NCBI GenBank assembly: GCA_002773855.1
Contig: PEZY01000012.1
Coordinates: 161,570-225,569 of the forward strand
Source of the DNA: Candidatus Buchananbacteria bacterium CG10_big_fil_rev_8_21_14_0_10_33_19
GTDB lineage: Bacteria > Patescibacteriota > Patescibacteriia > 2-01-FULL-39-33
Reading direction: 5' to 3'
Length of the DNA stretch: 64,000 bases
Below, in pieces: positions 30,195-39,739 of this stretch. The notes under the pieces are model-generated. The model ran no database searches and had not been told where the DNA came from. It worked only from the letters and a program-made list of their open reading frames with translations. A program made the translations under genes and the position numbers. Position 1 is the first letter of the stretch; each line of letters begins with the position of its first letter.

Positions 30195-31382
30195 ATGTTA
30201 ACAATTTTTGCCAATATGATGATAAATAGTCCTGTAAGATTACAACATCTTAAGGACTCATTTAATTCATTTGAAAATATTTCTGATAATTGGTTGATTA
30301 ATATTAGAGGGAAATATCGAGATGAGGCCTTGGACTTTTTAGCTGATAGATTAAAAGAAAAAATGATTAGATTTGATCTATTAGATGAAAAACGTGGCTG
30401 GTATACTAATTCACTGGAAATACTAAAGTCTGCAAAGTATGATTATGTTTTATTGTGGCTAGAGGATCATATTAATATTGTTTCTCAAGGGGTATATTCT
30501 GAATTAGTAGCTGAAATGAAAAATAATAATGTAGATTATTTGATGTATTCGTGGTGGATGAATGGTGAAAGTAGAAAGCCATTTGAATTGGATAGTTTAA
30601 AGGCGGGAACGTATATTGATACAGTTGAATTAGATAAAAATAATTGGCAAAAAAGATTAAATGATGGTTATCAGGGACATCTAATATCTTTACTTGGTAT
30701 ATTTAATAAAAATTTTTTAATGAAGATTTTAGAATTAGAAAATGGTTATAAGTTTCCACGTTGGGTAACTACTAACATTTTTAGAGTGATGATTATCTTG
30801 TCTCGGCTGGGTGTTAAGTTTAATCACGGAAAGTTGTTTGATTCTATTAATACAGTGTTAGGTGGTAAACTAATTAAAAACCTCAAAGATCGACCATTTG
30901 AATTTGAAAAATCAGCTTACAGATTGGATGTTTTGCCGATTAATATGGGTTTAACTAAAATGGAATTATTTGTCTGCATAGATGATGATTTGACACTTGA
31001 CGGTAGTCAATTAATTAAGCGTGGTTTATATCCAATTGTTGACAGCATAAGTGTTGACTCAGGACTTAAAAAGGAGTACGATTGGGGGATGGAAGAAATA
31101 TTGTCGGATAATCATTTTTATATAATTACGCGTTATAAATTAAGGGAAAACCAGGTTTTCTCGGAAATTTATTATCAAGATATTCAGAGAATAGATGTAG
31201 TTCCAAGGATGACTATTATTAATAATTCTGGTAAATTAAAAGTTACTATTGGTAATAATATTAATGAGTTATTAAGTGGTCAGACTATGACAGTTTATTC
31301 GAATATTAAGTGTGAATTATTGGCAGTGGATGGTGATTGTGAGTTTATTTTGGTAATTCCATCTGGATTAAAAAAAATGTAA
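30195..31382 (+). CDS. Hypothetical protein; divergent GT-A-like N-terminus and possible C-terminal cupin-like beta domain
   Basis: YDYVLLWLEDH resembles the DxD-region strand; C-terminus SGKLKVTIG...LLSGQTMTV resembles a cupin barrel. Confidence 0.4.
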   Translation: MLTIFANMMINSPVRLQHLKDSFNSFENISDNWLINIRGKYRDEALDFLADRLKEKMIRFDLLDEKRGWYTNSLEILKSAKYDYVLLWLEDHINIVSQGVYSELVAEMKNNNVDYLMYSWWMNGESRKPFELDSLKAGTYIDTVELDKNNWQKRLNDGYQGHLISLLGIFNKNFLMKILELENGYKFPRWVTTNIFRVMIILSRLGVKFNHGKLFDSINTVLGGKLIKNLKDRPFEFEKSAYRLDVLPINMGLTKMELFVCIDDDLTLDGSQLIKRGLYPIVDSISVDSGLKKEYDWGMEEILSDNHFYIITRYKLRENQVFSEIYYQDIQRIDVVPRMTIINNSGKLKVTIGNNINELLSGQTMTVYSNIKCELLAVDGDCEFILVIPSGLKKM

Positions 31383-31390
31383 TATATATT

Positions 31391-31930
31391 ATGAGTGATG
31401 ATATTATAATTAAAAAAATTCCTAAAAACTTAATTTTGGATGTGGATGGAGTTTTGACTGATGGCACTTACCACTATACTATTGATGGCAAGGTGGCTAA
31501 GATTTTTGGACCCGATGATAATGATGCTCTGTGTTTATTGAAAAAATATTTAACCATTCATATGGTTAGTGGTGATAAAAGAGGTTTTGATATTACCAAA
31601 AAAAGGATTGATGACATGAAATTTCCTATTGATTTGGTAAGTACTTTTGATAGACTAAAATGGATAACTGATCGATTTAATCCAGAAGAAACAATTTATA
31701 TGGGTGATGGAATTTTTGATGCATCTATTTTTAATGGCGTGATGTATGGTATTGCCCCAGCAAATGCTTTTATCACAACCAAACAACATGCCAATTACGT
31801 AACACCATCCAGAGGAGCTGATAGTGCGGTAGCTGAAGCTTGCTTGCATATACTAGAGAAATTTTTTGAACCATTTGACCCACTTAATTTAAATGTGGAT
31901 AGTGTTGGCGTCTGGCAGAATAAAAAATAA
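31391..31930 (+). CDS. KdsC/YrbI-family HAD phosphatase
   Basis: ILDVDGVLTDG, SG, YMGDGIFD, APANA, GADSAVAE. Confidence 0.8.
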   Translation: MSDDIIIKKIPKNLILDVDGVLTDGTYHYTIDGKVAKIFGPDDNDALCLLKKYLTIHMVSGDKRGFDITKKRIDDMKFPIDLVSTFDRLKWITDRFNPEETIYMGDGIFDASIFNGVMYGIAPANAFITTKQHANYVTPSRGADSAVAEACLHILEKFFEPFDPLNLNVDSVGVWQNKK

Positions 31931-31944
31931 ATAATTATATTTCT

Positions 31945-32769
31945 ATGAAAATTGATAAAGATACAATTGCCTGTATTTCTATGGCATCTCGACCTGGTGA
32001 TTTGGGCGCCACTATTTTTAATGCTAGTTTTGACCACCTATCTTTGAATTATATTTATAAGCCATTTGGGGTGACCTTGAAAAATTTAGATAAGGGCGTT
32101 AATGGTATTAGGGCTTTTGGCATTAGAGGCTGTGGTGTATCTATGCCACATAAAGTGGAAGTGATGAAATATTTAGATGAGATTGATGACGTTGCTAAAA
32201 AAATTGGTGCTATCAATACTATTGTTAATAATGATGGAAAGTTAACTGGCTATAATACTGATTTTTTTGGTGCTAAAAAAATTATATCTGAAACTTATAA
32301 TTTATCCGGTAAAAAAGTTTTAATAATTGGAGCCGGAGGTGTATCTCGAGCGATTATTATGGCCTTAAAAGAAAATGGGGCTGGTGAAATTTTTATTGCC
32401 AATAGAAATGAATCTAAGGCAGAAACTTTGGCTACAGAATTTGAATTGACTACATTGCCTTATGATAAGATTAATGATTTTTCTGCTGACTTGCTAGTAA
32501 ATGCCACTGCAGTTGGCATGTCTCCAGATGTTGATGAGATGATTATTTTAGAAAGTGCTATTGATAATTTTGAGGCTGTTATGGATGTTGTAATATACCC
32601 CAGTGTTACTAAATTAATGGCCTTAGCCCAGAATAAGGGCAAGGTGGTCATTGCTGGTTTTAATATGGCCCTATATCAGGCGGCTGAGCAGTTTAAGATG
32701 TACACTGGAGTTGAAGCTCCACTAGGAGTGATGAAAGAAAATATGATAAATTTATTTAGTCAAAAGTAA
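31945..32769 (+). CDS. Shikimate-dehydrogenase-family oxidoreductase, SdhL-like subclass
   Basis: VSMPHK, GAINTI, NTD, IGAGGVSRA, NAT, LYQAAEQF; N-terminus IDKDTIACISMASRP and GIRGCGVSMP resemble H. influenzae HI0607 (SdhL) as I recall it, rather than AroE (GxPIxHSxSP absent). Confidence 0.8.
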   Translation: MKIDKDTIACISMASRPGDLGATIFNASFDHLSLNYIYKPFGVTLKNLDKGVNGIRAFGIRGCGVSMPHKVEVMKYLDEIDDVAKKIGAINTIVNNDGKLTGYNTDFFGAKKIISETYNLSGKKVLIIGAGGVSRAIIMALKENGAGEIFIANRNESKAETLATEFELTTLPYDKINDFSADLLVNATAVGMSPDVDEMIILESAIDNFEAVMDVVIYPSVTKLMALAQNKGKVVIAGFNMALYQAAEQFKMYTGVEAPLGVMKENMINLFSQK

Positions 32770-32781
32770 GTTAATAAAATT

Positions 32782-34362
32782 ATGAATTACAAAGTATGTA
32801 TTTTGGCTGCAGGAGTTGGGAGTCGAATGGGAGAATTATCAAATCATGTTAATAAGGCAATTTTACCGGTTAAGTTTAAGGCCGTTATTTCATATATAGT
32901 AGAAAAGTTTTCCGAAAATGTTGAGATAATAGTGGCTGTTGGTCATAAAAGTGATACAGTTATTAATTATTTAACTTTGGCTTATCCTAATCGAAAATTT
33001 ACTTATGTCGAGGTTGATAAATATATGGGTCCAGGTACTGGACCAGGTTATTCTTTGTTGCAGTGTAAAGATAGTTTGCAATCACCATTTATTTTCTTTG
33101 CGGCTGATACTATCGTTTTAGAGGATATTCCAATACCAGATCATAATTGGTTTGGCATAGCACCAGTTAAAGAGACTGAGCCTTATTGTACAATTAAGAT
33201 TAAAAATAATTTGGTCTATCAATTAGATGATAAAATTAAAACCGATAATAAGTTTGCTTTTATTGGTTTAGCTGGTGTTAAGGACTTTGAAGATTTTTTT
33301 GATTCCTTAGAAAAAAATAAAGAAATTGCTAGTGGTGAAATTCAAGTTTCCAATGGTTTTAGAGCCCTAGTGTCAAAAGAATTGAAACCGGTCGGCTTTA
33401 CTTGGTTTGATACTGGTACTATGGAAAGTTATCAAAAAGTTAATAAGAATTTTTCTGGCCAAGCCGAGAAGTTTGATTTTTCTAAAGGTGATGAGTTTTT
33501 ATATTTTGTAGAAAATAGAGTGATCAAATTTTTTGCTGATGAGTCAATAGTTAAAAATAGATATTTTAGATCTAAAAACTCGCTAAAGGGTTTGTGTCCT
33601 GATGTTTTAGAGCCATTAGGAAATTTTTATGCTTATGACAAAATTGATGGCCAAGTATTGTACAATGTTATGAATTCTCAGATTGTTAATGATTTTTTGG
33701 AATGGGCTAGGATAAATATTTGGCAAGAAAATAAGCTGAGCGATGAAGATAAAAAGATTTTTAATGATGCTTGTCATAAGTTTTATTATGATAAAACTAT
33801 GAAGCGAATAGAGTTGGCACAAAATAAGTTGGGAATTATAGATGGTCAGAATGTTATTAATGGTTTAGCTGTGCCTAGCTTAAGCGAATTACTATCAAAA
33901 ATAGATTGGGCTAATATAGAAAGTGGTGTGTCATGTAATTTTCATGGTGATTTACAGTTTGATAATATACTAGTAACTCGTGATAAAATCAGTAATTTAA
34001 ATAAATTTGTACTATTAGATTGGCGTCAGGATTTTGGTGGTTTAAATACATCAGGTGATTTATATTATGATTTAGCTAAGCTTTATGGTGGTTTAACTAT
34101 GTCTTATCAGTTAATTAAGGATGGTATGTTTGATTTTGATAGAAGTGGTGAAAGTGTTTATTATAATTTTTATATTAAGAGTGATTTATTAGAGGCTAAA
34201 GAGGAATATGAAAAGTTTTTGATTAAAAATAATTTTGATTTGAAAAAAATTAAAATTATGACAGCTTTAATATTTTTTAATATGTCACCATTACATCATG
34301 ATCCGTTTGATGTGATGTTATATTTTTTGGGTAAAAATATGTTACATAAATTGTTAAAGTAA
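32782..34362 (+). CDS. Fusion: sugar-phosphate nucleotidyltransferase plus APH/choline-kinase-like phosphotransferase
   Basis: ILAAGVGSRM...NKAILP, WFDTGT; C-terminal FHGDLQFDNIL, LLDWRQDF, GDLYYDLAKL. Confidence 0.8.
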   Translation: MNYKVCILAAGVGSRMGELSNHVNKAILPVKFKAVISYIVEKFSENVEIIVAVGHKSDTVINYLTLAYPNRKFTYVEVDKYMGPGTGPGYSLLQCKDSLQSPFIFFAADTIVLEDIPIPDHNWFGIAPVKETEPYCTIKIKNNLVYQLDDKIKTDNKFAFIGLAGVKDFEDFFDSLEKNKEIASGEIQVSNGFRALVSKELKPVGFTWFDTGTMESYQKVNKNFSGQAEKFDFSKGDEFLYFVENRVIKFFADESIVKNRYFRSKNSLKGLCPDVLEPLGNFYAYDKIDGQVLYNVMNSQIVNDFLEWARINIWQENKLSDEDKKIFNDACHKFYYDKTMKRIELAQNKLGIIDGQNVINGLAVPSLSELLSKIDWANIESGVSCNFHGDLQFDNILVTRDKISNLNKFVLLDWRQDFGGLNTSGDLYYDLAKLYGGLTMSYQLIKDGMFDFDRSGESVYYNFYIKSDLLEAKEEYEKFLIKNNFDLKKIKIMTALIFFNMSPLHHDPFDVMLYFLGKNMLHKLLK

Positions 34363-34375
34363 ATTATTAAATATC

Positions 34376-35386
34376 ATGAATGATAATCAAATAGAATTAG
34401 GGTTTGGGCCAATGAGTTCAGAATCCATTGAAGCAGTATATCGCTATTCAAATTATAATCGGCGACGATTAATGTTGATTGCATCAAAAAATCAAATTGA
34501 TCATAGTGGTGGCTATGTTAATAATTGGACCACAGATCAGTACGCTGCTTATATTTCTAAGATGAAAGAATTATATCCTCAGGCTGAGGTTTTGGTTTGT
34601 CGAGATCATTGTGGACCTGGTTTTAATGGTAATGACGACTTAAGTGATGTCTATAAGACTATTGATGCTGACATTAAAAATAATTTTGATTTAATTCATA
34701 TTGATTTTTGTCACATAAAAGGTGATAAAGATCATCAATTAAGTGAATCAAAAAAAGTCATTGAATATTGTAAAAAATTAAATCCAAAGATAAAATTGGA
34801 AGTGGGTACTGATGAAAATTTGGGTATAAATTATAGCATTAATAATTTAGACGAAATTGAGAAGGAGGTTGATTATTTTACAGAATTTTGTCAGCCAGAT
34901 TTTTTTGTGGTTCAGACTGGAACATTAATTAAAGAGGTTAATCAGGTTGGTAATTTTAATCAAGAGTTTATTACTGATGCGTCTAAGATTTTACAAAATA
35001 GAAATATCAAATTAAAAGAGCACAACGCTGATTATTTGTCTGAAGATGAGATTAATAAAAGAATCGGTATAGTTGGGGCTATGAATATAGCGCCTCAGCT
35101 TGGAGTGGTGCAGACGATGACAGTTTTAAATAAGTGCTTGATTTATGGCATTGATTTTACTGACTATGCTAATGAAGTATATAATGGTAAAAAATGGTCT
35201 AAATGGTTGAATACGAATACACCAGAAAATAAATTTTTGTGTATAGCTATTGCTGGACATTATCATTTTGCCTCGTCAACCTATCAGCGCTTAATTGAAC
35301 AATTAAATAAACAAGAAGATATAGTAGAGACTATAATTAATAATTTAACAGAAATAATAAATCATTATGCAAAAACACGAGAATAA
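34376..35386 (+). CDS. GatZ/KbaZ-like TIM-barrel protein (tagatose-bisphosphate aldolase non-catalytic subunit / ketohexose-phosphate epimerase family)
   Basis: LIASKNQID..GGY, CRDHCGP, FDLIHID, EVGTDE, FVVQTG, KEHNADY, NIAPQLG parallel GatZ motifs (NQV..GGY, GDHLGP, IHLD, GTE, VVQPG, EAHSTDY). Confidence 0.7.
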   Translation: MNDNQIELGFGPMSSESIEAVYRYSNYNRRRLMLIASKNQIDHSGGYVNNWTTDQYAAYISKMKELYPQAEVLVCRDHCGPGFNGNDDLSDVYKTIDADIKNNFDLIHIDFCHIKGDKDHQLSESKKVIEYCKKLNPKIKLEVGTDENLGINYSINNLDEIEKEVDYFTEFCQPDFFVVQTGTLIKEVNQVGNFNQEFITDASKILQNRNIKLKEHNADYLSEDEINKRIGIVGAMNIAPQLGVVQTMTVLNKCLIYGIDFTDYANEVYNGKKWSKWLNTNTPENKFLCIAIAGHYHFASSTYQRLIEQLNKQEDIVETIINNLTEIINHYAKTRE

Positions 35387-35762
35387 ATTTTTTAGAGAAG
35401 TTAAAAAGCCATGGGGTAAGGAAATGTGGATGGCTTTAACAGATAGGTATTGCTATAAGCGAATCTATTTAAATGCTGGGACTCGGACTAGTTTTCAGTA
35501 CCACAATTATAAAGTGGAGACTAATTATATTATATCTGGTGAGGCAGAAATTTGGTTAGAAAATGATGATGGAGTAGTGGAAAAATTTCTTATGAAAGAA
35601 AACGATTTCTTTAATGTTACACCACCAAAGAAGCATCGAGTTATTGCCATTACTGATGTGATTTTGCAAGAAGTATCTACTCCTGAAGTTGATGATGTAA
35701 TTAGAATTGAAGATGATTCTAATCGACCGGATGGTAAAATTGAAAGTGAACAGGTTAAATAG
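35367..35762 (+). CDS. Cupin (type II mannose-6-phosphate isomerase C-terminal-like)
   Basis: KPWGKE, RTSFQYH..K.ET, HRV.A, EVSTPEVDDVIRIEDD. Confidence 0.85.
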   Translation: MQKHENKFFREVKKPWGKEMWMALTDRYCYKRIYLNAGTRTSFQYHNYKVETNYIISGEAEIWLENDDGVVEKFLMKENDFFNVTPPKKHRVIAITDVILQEVSTPEVDDVIRIEDDSNRPDGKIESEQVK

Positions 35763-35835
35763 TTTAAGTTGTTAATTTCTAGTAGTGAATTAATTTAATA
35801 TTTTGTGTATTTAAAGATTATTTTTGGTAGTTATT

Positions 35836-37038
35836 ATGAAAGTATTACTTCTTACTCAAATCTATTCCGATAAGCCAATCTCAGGCGGCGTTAGAATAAT
35901 TTGGAATTATTCTCAGGAATTAGCTCGGCAAGGGATTAAAGTATATGTAGTGGCAAATAGCATTGATACTGATAATTTGCCCCAGCATCCCAACTTAAAA
36001 ATATATAAAGTACCGTTTAGTAGCTACGCCCTAGAGCCAGTTAGTCAAGATGTTTTGAAATCATTTTTTTTCTCGATTCCAATTATTTTATGGCATCGTA
36101 TTAAAATAATTCACATGGTGCCAGTACAAACACCTTGTCCTTTTTCTAAATTTAAATTTGGGGCTAAATTTATTGAGAGCGCTGAAAGAACTTGGAATTA
36201 TGAAGATCGTAGAGTTAAACACGATTTAGCTAGAGATAGAAGAAAGAAAGAGGCTCCAACATTTAATTTTTTTGAAAAAGTTTTTTTGAGATTTTCACGT
36301 TTATTTTACTGGCTATTTAAAATTAATCAGGAATACCCACATGGAGCGGATGCCTTTTTTTGTCGCTCGCAATCTATGTTTGATTATATTAGAAATAATC
36401 ATGGCATTAAATCACCACTATACTATGTGCCAATAGGCGTTAATACAAATGAATTTTCTCCGAAGTCTATTAATAAGGCGGATGACAAGTTTATTTTTTT
36501 AACCACCGGTGCTTTATCATATAGAAAAGGTACTCATTATTTGATTGATGCATATAATGAATTTTCCAGCAAATATAAAAACAAGACAGAACTTTGGTTA
36601 ATAGGTAATTCTAACTCAGAAATTTTGAAAGAATTAAAACAAAGAACTAAGACTGGTTCAATTAAATTTATTGATTCAGTGACACCACAACAAATAGCCG
36701 AATATTACACTAAGTGCCAAGTTTATATTTCTTTGGCTTTAATTGCTGAGCCGGGACCACTTCAGCCAAATGTTTTAGAGGCCATGGCTTCTGGCAAACC
36801 ATTGATTATTAGTGAGTATGGTGATACTAGATATTTTGATAAATCTGGAATTGCTTTAACTTGTCGACCATATAATAAAAAGTCAGTTGTGCTAGCCATG
36901 GAAAGGTTATTTTGTGATGAATCTTTGAGAAATAGGCTGTCAGCTAATTCTCTGAAATACGTACAAAACAATTTTGATTGGCAGGTCGTGACAAAAAATT
37001 GTATTAAGTATTATCAAGAGTTATTAACTAAAAAATAG
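35836..37038 (+). CDS. Glycosyltransferase family 4 (start moved to ATG, MKVLLL)
   Basis: GGVRII, GALSYRKG, PNVLEAMASGKPLI. Confidence 0.85.
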   Translation: MKVLLLTQIYSDKPISGGVRIIWNYSQELARQGIKVYVVANSIDTDNLPQHPNLKIYKVPFSSYALEPVSQDVLKSFFFSIPIILWHRIKIIHMVPVQTPCPFSKFKFGAKFIESAERTWNYEDRRVKHDLARDRRKKEAPTFNFFEKVFLRFSRLFYWLFKINQEYPHGADAFFCRSQSMFDYIRNNHGIKSPLYYVPIGVNTNEFSPKSINKADDKFIFLTTGALSYRKGTHYLIDAYNEFSSKYKNKTELWLIGNSNSEILKELKQRTKTGSIKFIDSVTPQQIAEYYTKCQVYISLALIAEPGPLQPNVLEAMASGKPLIISEYGDTRYFDKSGIALTCRPYNKKSVVLAMERLFCDESLRNRLSANSLKYVQNNFDWQVVTKNCIKYYQELLTKK

Positions 37039-37040
37039 CT

Positions 37041-37688
37041 ATGTATATTTTTCAACCAGATAGGTATTTGCTTAAAAAACAAATTAAAGAATTCGGCCAT
37101 TATATTGGCGGTAAAACTTTGGATGTGGGAGCTGGTGGCTTTAGTCGTTATGAGCAGTTTTTTAAATCGAGTGAATATATAAAAATGGATATTGGTGACG
37201 ATGATAATTTAGATGTGATTGGTAGTGCCGATAATATTCCACTGGCAGATGCTTCATTTGATTCGGTGGTATCTACTCAGGTTTTCGAACATTTAAAAAA
37301 TCCATTTAAAGCAGCTGATGAAATACACCGAGTTTTAAAATCCGGTGGCGTTTGTCTATTAACTGTACCACAGTGGAATGAATTACATGAGGAACCCCAT
37401 GATTATTATCGCTATACTAAATTTGGTATTGGTGAAATTTTTGAAAGTAGAGGTTTTGAAGTTTTAGTAATTGATCAACGCGGTGGATTTTTTGTATCTT
37501 TATTTCAAATAAAGGTTCGGTATCTATTAGATAGATTTAAGTTGCATAGTCGCCCAGTTGTTGGCAGAATTTTTAGTCGGTTATTTAAAATTGGCACTGG
37601 CTTGGCTATGTGGTTGGATAAAAAAGATAAAAGTCCGGCTAATAAAAAGCATGCTATTGGTTGGTTGTTTATATTAAGAAAAAAATAA
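37041..37688 (+). CDS. Class I SAM-dependent methyltransferase (Methyltransf_11-like)
   Basis: LDVGAG, FDSVVSTQVFEH, RVLKSGG, HEEPHDYYRYT. Confidence 0.88.
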   Translation: MYIFQPDRYLLKKQIKEFGHYIGGKTLDVGAGGFSRYEQFFKSSEYIKMDIGDDDNLDVIGSADNIPLADASFDSVVSTQVFEHLKNPFKAADEIHRVLKSGGVCLLTVPQWNELHEEPHDYYRYTKFGIGEIFESRGFEVLVIDQRGGFFVSLFQIKVRYLLDRFKLHSRPVVGRIFSRLFKIGTGLAMWLDKKDKSPANKKHAIGWLFILRKK

Positions 37689-37697
37689 TTGTTTATT

Positions 37698-38942
37698 ATG
37701 AGAATACTTATTCTGTCTGATGATTTTCCACCTATCAGTTTTGGTGGGGCTGGTATTGCAGCTTATCGCTTGACTAATGAATTACAAGCTAGGGGGCATG
37801 AAGTCGAAGTATTTTCTACTGTTCAGTCTAAAGCGTTAGCTGGTCAATCTGATTATGGTGGATTATTGACGCATTTTTATTATTGTAATTACAAACATTG
37901 TTTAAGTGGCTGGGTCAGCTTGTATAACCCACAAATATTAAGGAGTTTGGAATATAAAATTAAAACTTTTCAGCCAGATGTAGTTCATGCTCATAACATT
38001 CATTATTATATTTCTTATGGGGCTTTAAGGCTGGCTAAGAAATATTGTAATCGAGTTTTTTTGACTGCTCATGATACTAATATTTTTTATCCAGATAAAT
38101 TTAATGAATATATAGATAGGAGCAATTTGGCGATACCGACAACTGTTAATTATAAATTAACGCCAATTTTAAAATTAAAAGTTATTAAAAAAACTTTTAA
38201 CCCGTTTAGACTATTAATTATTAAATATTATTTAAAATCAGCTAATAAGATATTTGCGGTTAGTGATAAATTAACTCAGGCCTTAGAGCAAAATAGTATT
38301 ACAAATGTGGAAACTATATATAATGGTGTGCCACTAAATGATAATTTTAATAATATTGATGCTAAAAACAATTTTAGGGATAAATTTAATATTCCACAGG
38401 ATAAGAAAATTATTTTAATGGCAGGCAGGTTTAATACCTTTAAGGGAGCTAGATTAATTTTGCCTTACATATCAGAACTGGCAAAGCATAGACATGATTT
38501 TTTGTTTGTTTTTGCTGGTCAAAAAAATAATTTAACTAAGGAAATTACCAAACAGGCAGAAGAGTTGGGCTTGAGTCAGTACTTGTTGTTTTCTGATTGG
38601 ATTGAATCAGAAATGATGGAGTCAGCATATGAGGCTTGTGATGTAATAGTGACACCCTCAGTGTATTTAGATGTTTTCAATTTAACCAATATTGAGGCTA
38701 TGAAGCATAAAAAGCCAGTGGTGGGCACTTGCTTTGGTGGTACTTCAGAAATTGTGGTCGATGGTGTAACTGGTTATATTGTTAATCCTTATGATATTAA
38801 AAAAACAGCTGAGCGTATTGTGGAACTGTTAAATAATAGAGAGAAGAGAATTAATTTTGGTATGGCTGGCTACAACAGAGTATTGGAGAAATTTTCTTTA
38901 GATTATTTGATAGATAAAACAGTGATCTATTATAAAAAATAA
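37698..38942 (+). CDS. Glycosyltransferase family 4 (start moved to ATG, MRILIL)
   Basis: DDFPPISFGGA, VVHAHNIH, PSVYLDVFNLTNIEAM...GGTSEIV. Confidence 0.88.
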   Translation: MRILILSDDFPPISFGGAGIAAYRLTNELQARGHEVEVFSTVQSKALAGQSDYGGLLTHFYYCNYKHCLSGWVSLYNPQILRSLEYKIKTFQPDVVHAHNIHYYISYGALRLAKKYCNRVFLTAHDTNIFYPDKFNEYIDRSNLAIPTTVNYKLTPILKLKVIKKTFNPFRLLIIKYYLKSANKIFAVSDKLTQALEQNSITNVETIYNGVPLNDNFNNIDAKNNFRDKFNIPQDKKIILMAGRFNTFKGARLILPYISELAKHRHDFLFVFAGQKNNLTKEITKQAEELGLSQYLLFSDWIESEMMESAYEACDVIVTPSVYLDVFNLTNIEAMKHKKPVVGTCFGGTSEIVVDGVTGYIVNPYDIKKTAERIVELLNNREKRINFGMAGYNRVLEKFSLDYLIDKTVIYYKK

Positions 38943-38945
38943 TAT

Positions 38946-38974
38946 AAAAACGCCACCATTATTAATGGTGGCGT
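38946..38974 (-). terminator. Intrinsic terminator of the Nudix gene
   Basis: 11-bp stem acgccaccatt/aatggtggcgt with an A-run on the left (U-tract on the minus strand). Confidence 0.7.
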
Positions 38975-38984
38975 GGTGCTTTAA

Positions 38985-39656
38985 TCAAAGATAGAGATAG
39001 TATTTCCCTGGACTTGAATCAGGGAAGAAATTTCTGCAGGAGTCATGACTACGAAAGAAATATTTAATGACTTCAAAAAGAAAACTACAGTAGTTAAATG
39101 TTGGACTAGTACCATATCTAGCTACAATCTCTTCAATGGTCAGCCACTCTTGATTGTTTACCTCACCATCGGTTTCTTGATGCTGTAGTATGTCCTTTGT
39201 GTAGGCAATGAATAATGTTAAGACAAATGGAGCAGTAGGCTCTGCTTGTTCTTTCAATATGTCCAATATTAATGTGGGGTTCTGTACATCAGTTGGATTG
39301 TCTTTTAGATACATATTTGAGCGATAGAGCTCTGGACCAAACATAGCCACAAATTGTACATCATCTGTGTTAAATGCGAAACCAGTCTCTTCTCTGATTT
39401 CTCGCACTGCTGCTGATTTGGCGTTTATATCTGTGACATCAAAATGACCACCGTGGTGGATCTGGTAGTGGCCTTTGGCCGCACCCTTGACTCTCTGAGT
39501 TACTAAAAATTCAAACGGTAATAAAGGTAATTGAGGATTATTGTTTTTGCCCGTACTTAGTCGATATAAAATAGTAGCTACCACTGAGTGGGCTATTGGA
39601 TTTTTCCAATTTTTAGTTTTTTCATCTTGCATGGATTTCGTCAGTTCTTCAAACAT
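38985..39656 (-). CDS. Nudix hydrolase
   Basis: Nudix box GGHFDVTDINAKSAAVREIREETGF; SD-like AAAGGAAAGG upstream. Confidence 0.8.
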   Translation of the reverse strand: MFEELTKSMQDEKTKNWKNPIAHSVVATILYRLSTGKNNNPQLPLLPFEFLVTQRVKGAAKGHYQIHHGGHFDVTDINAKSAAVREIREETGFAFNTDDVQFVAMFGPELYRSNMYLKDNPTDVQNPTLILDILKEQAEPTAPFVLTLFIAYTKDILQHQETDGEVNNQEWLTIEEIVARYGTSPTFNYCSFLFEVIKYFFRSHDSCRNFFPDSSPGKYYLYL

Positions 39657-39706
39657 TGGAGTATACCTTTCCTTTTGGTTGATTTGTAATGTACACTTTA
39701 TGAAAT

Positions 39707-39735
39707 AATATACACTATGATAGTGTTTCTGTCAA
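39707..39735 (-). promoter_or_regulatory. Sigma70-type promoter of the Nudix gene
   Basis: TTGACA-17 nt-TATATT; the spacer contains the inverted repeat acacta-tga-tagtgt (39712-39726). Confidence 0.65.
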
Positions 39736-39739
39736 TGTA

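Noticed and set aside
31391-31930. kdsC as evidence of Kdo/LPS or sialic-acid synthesis
   Set aside because: No kdsA/B/D or neuA/B homologue in the window; family membership alone does not give the substrate
31945-32769. aroE gene symbol
   Set aside because: Lacks the AroE N-terminal substrate motif and has no aro neighbours
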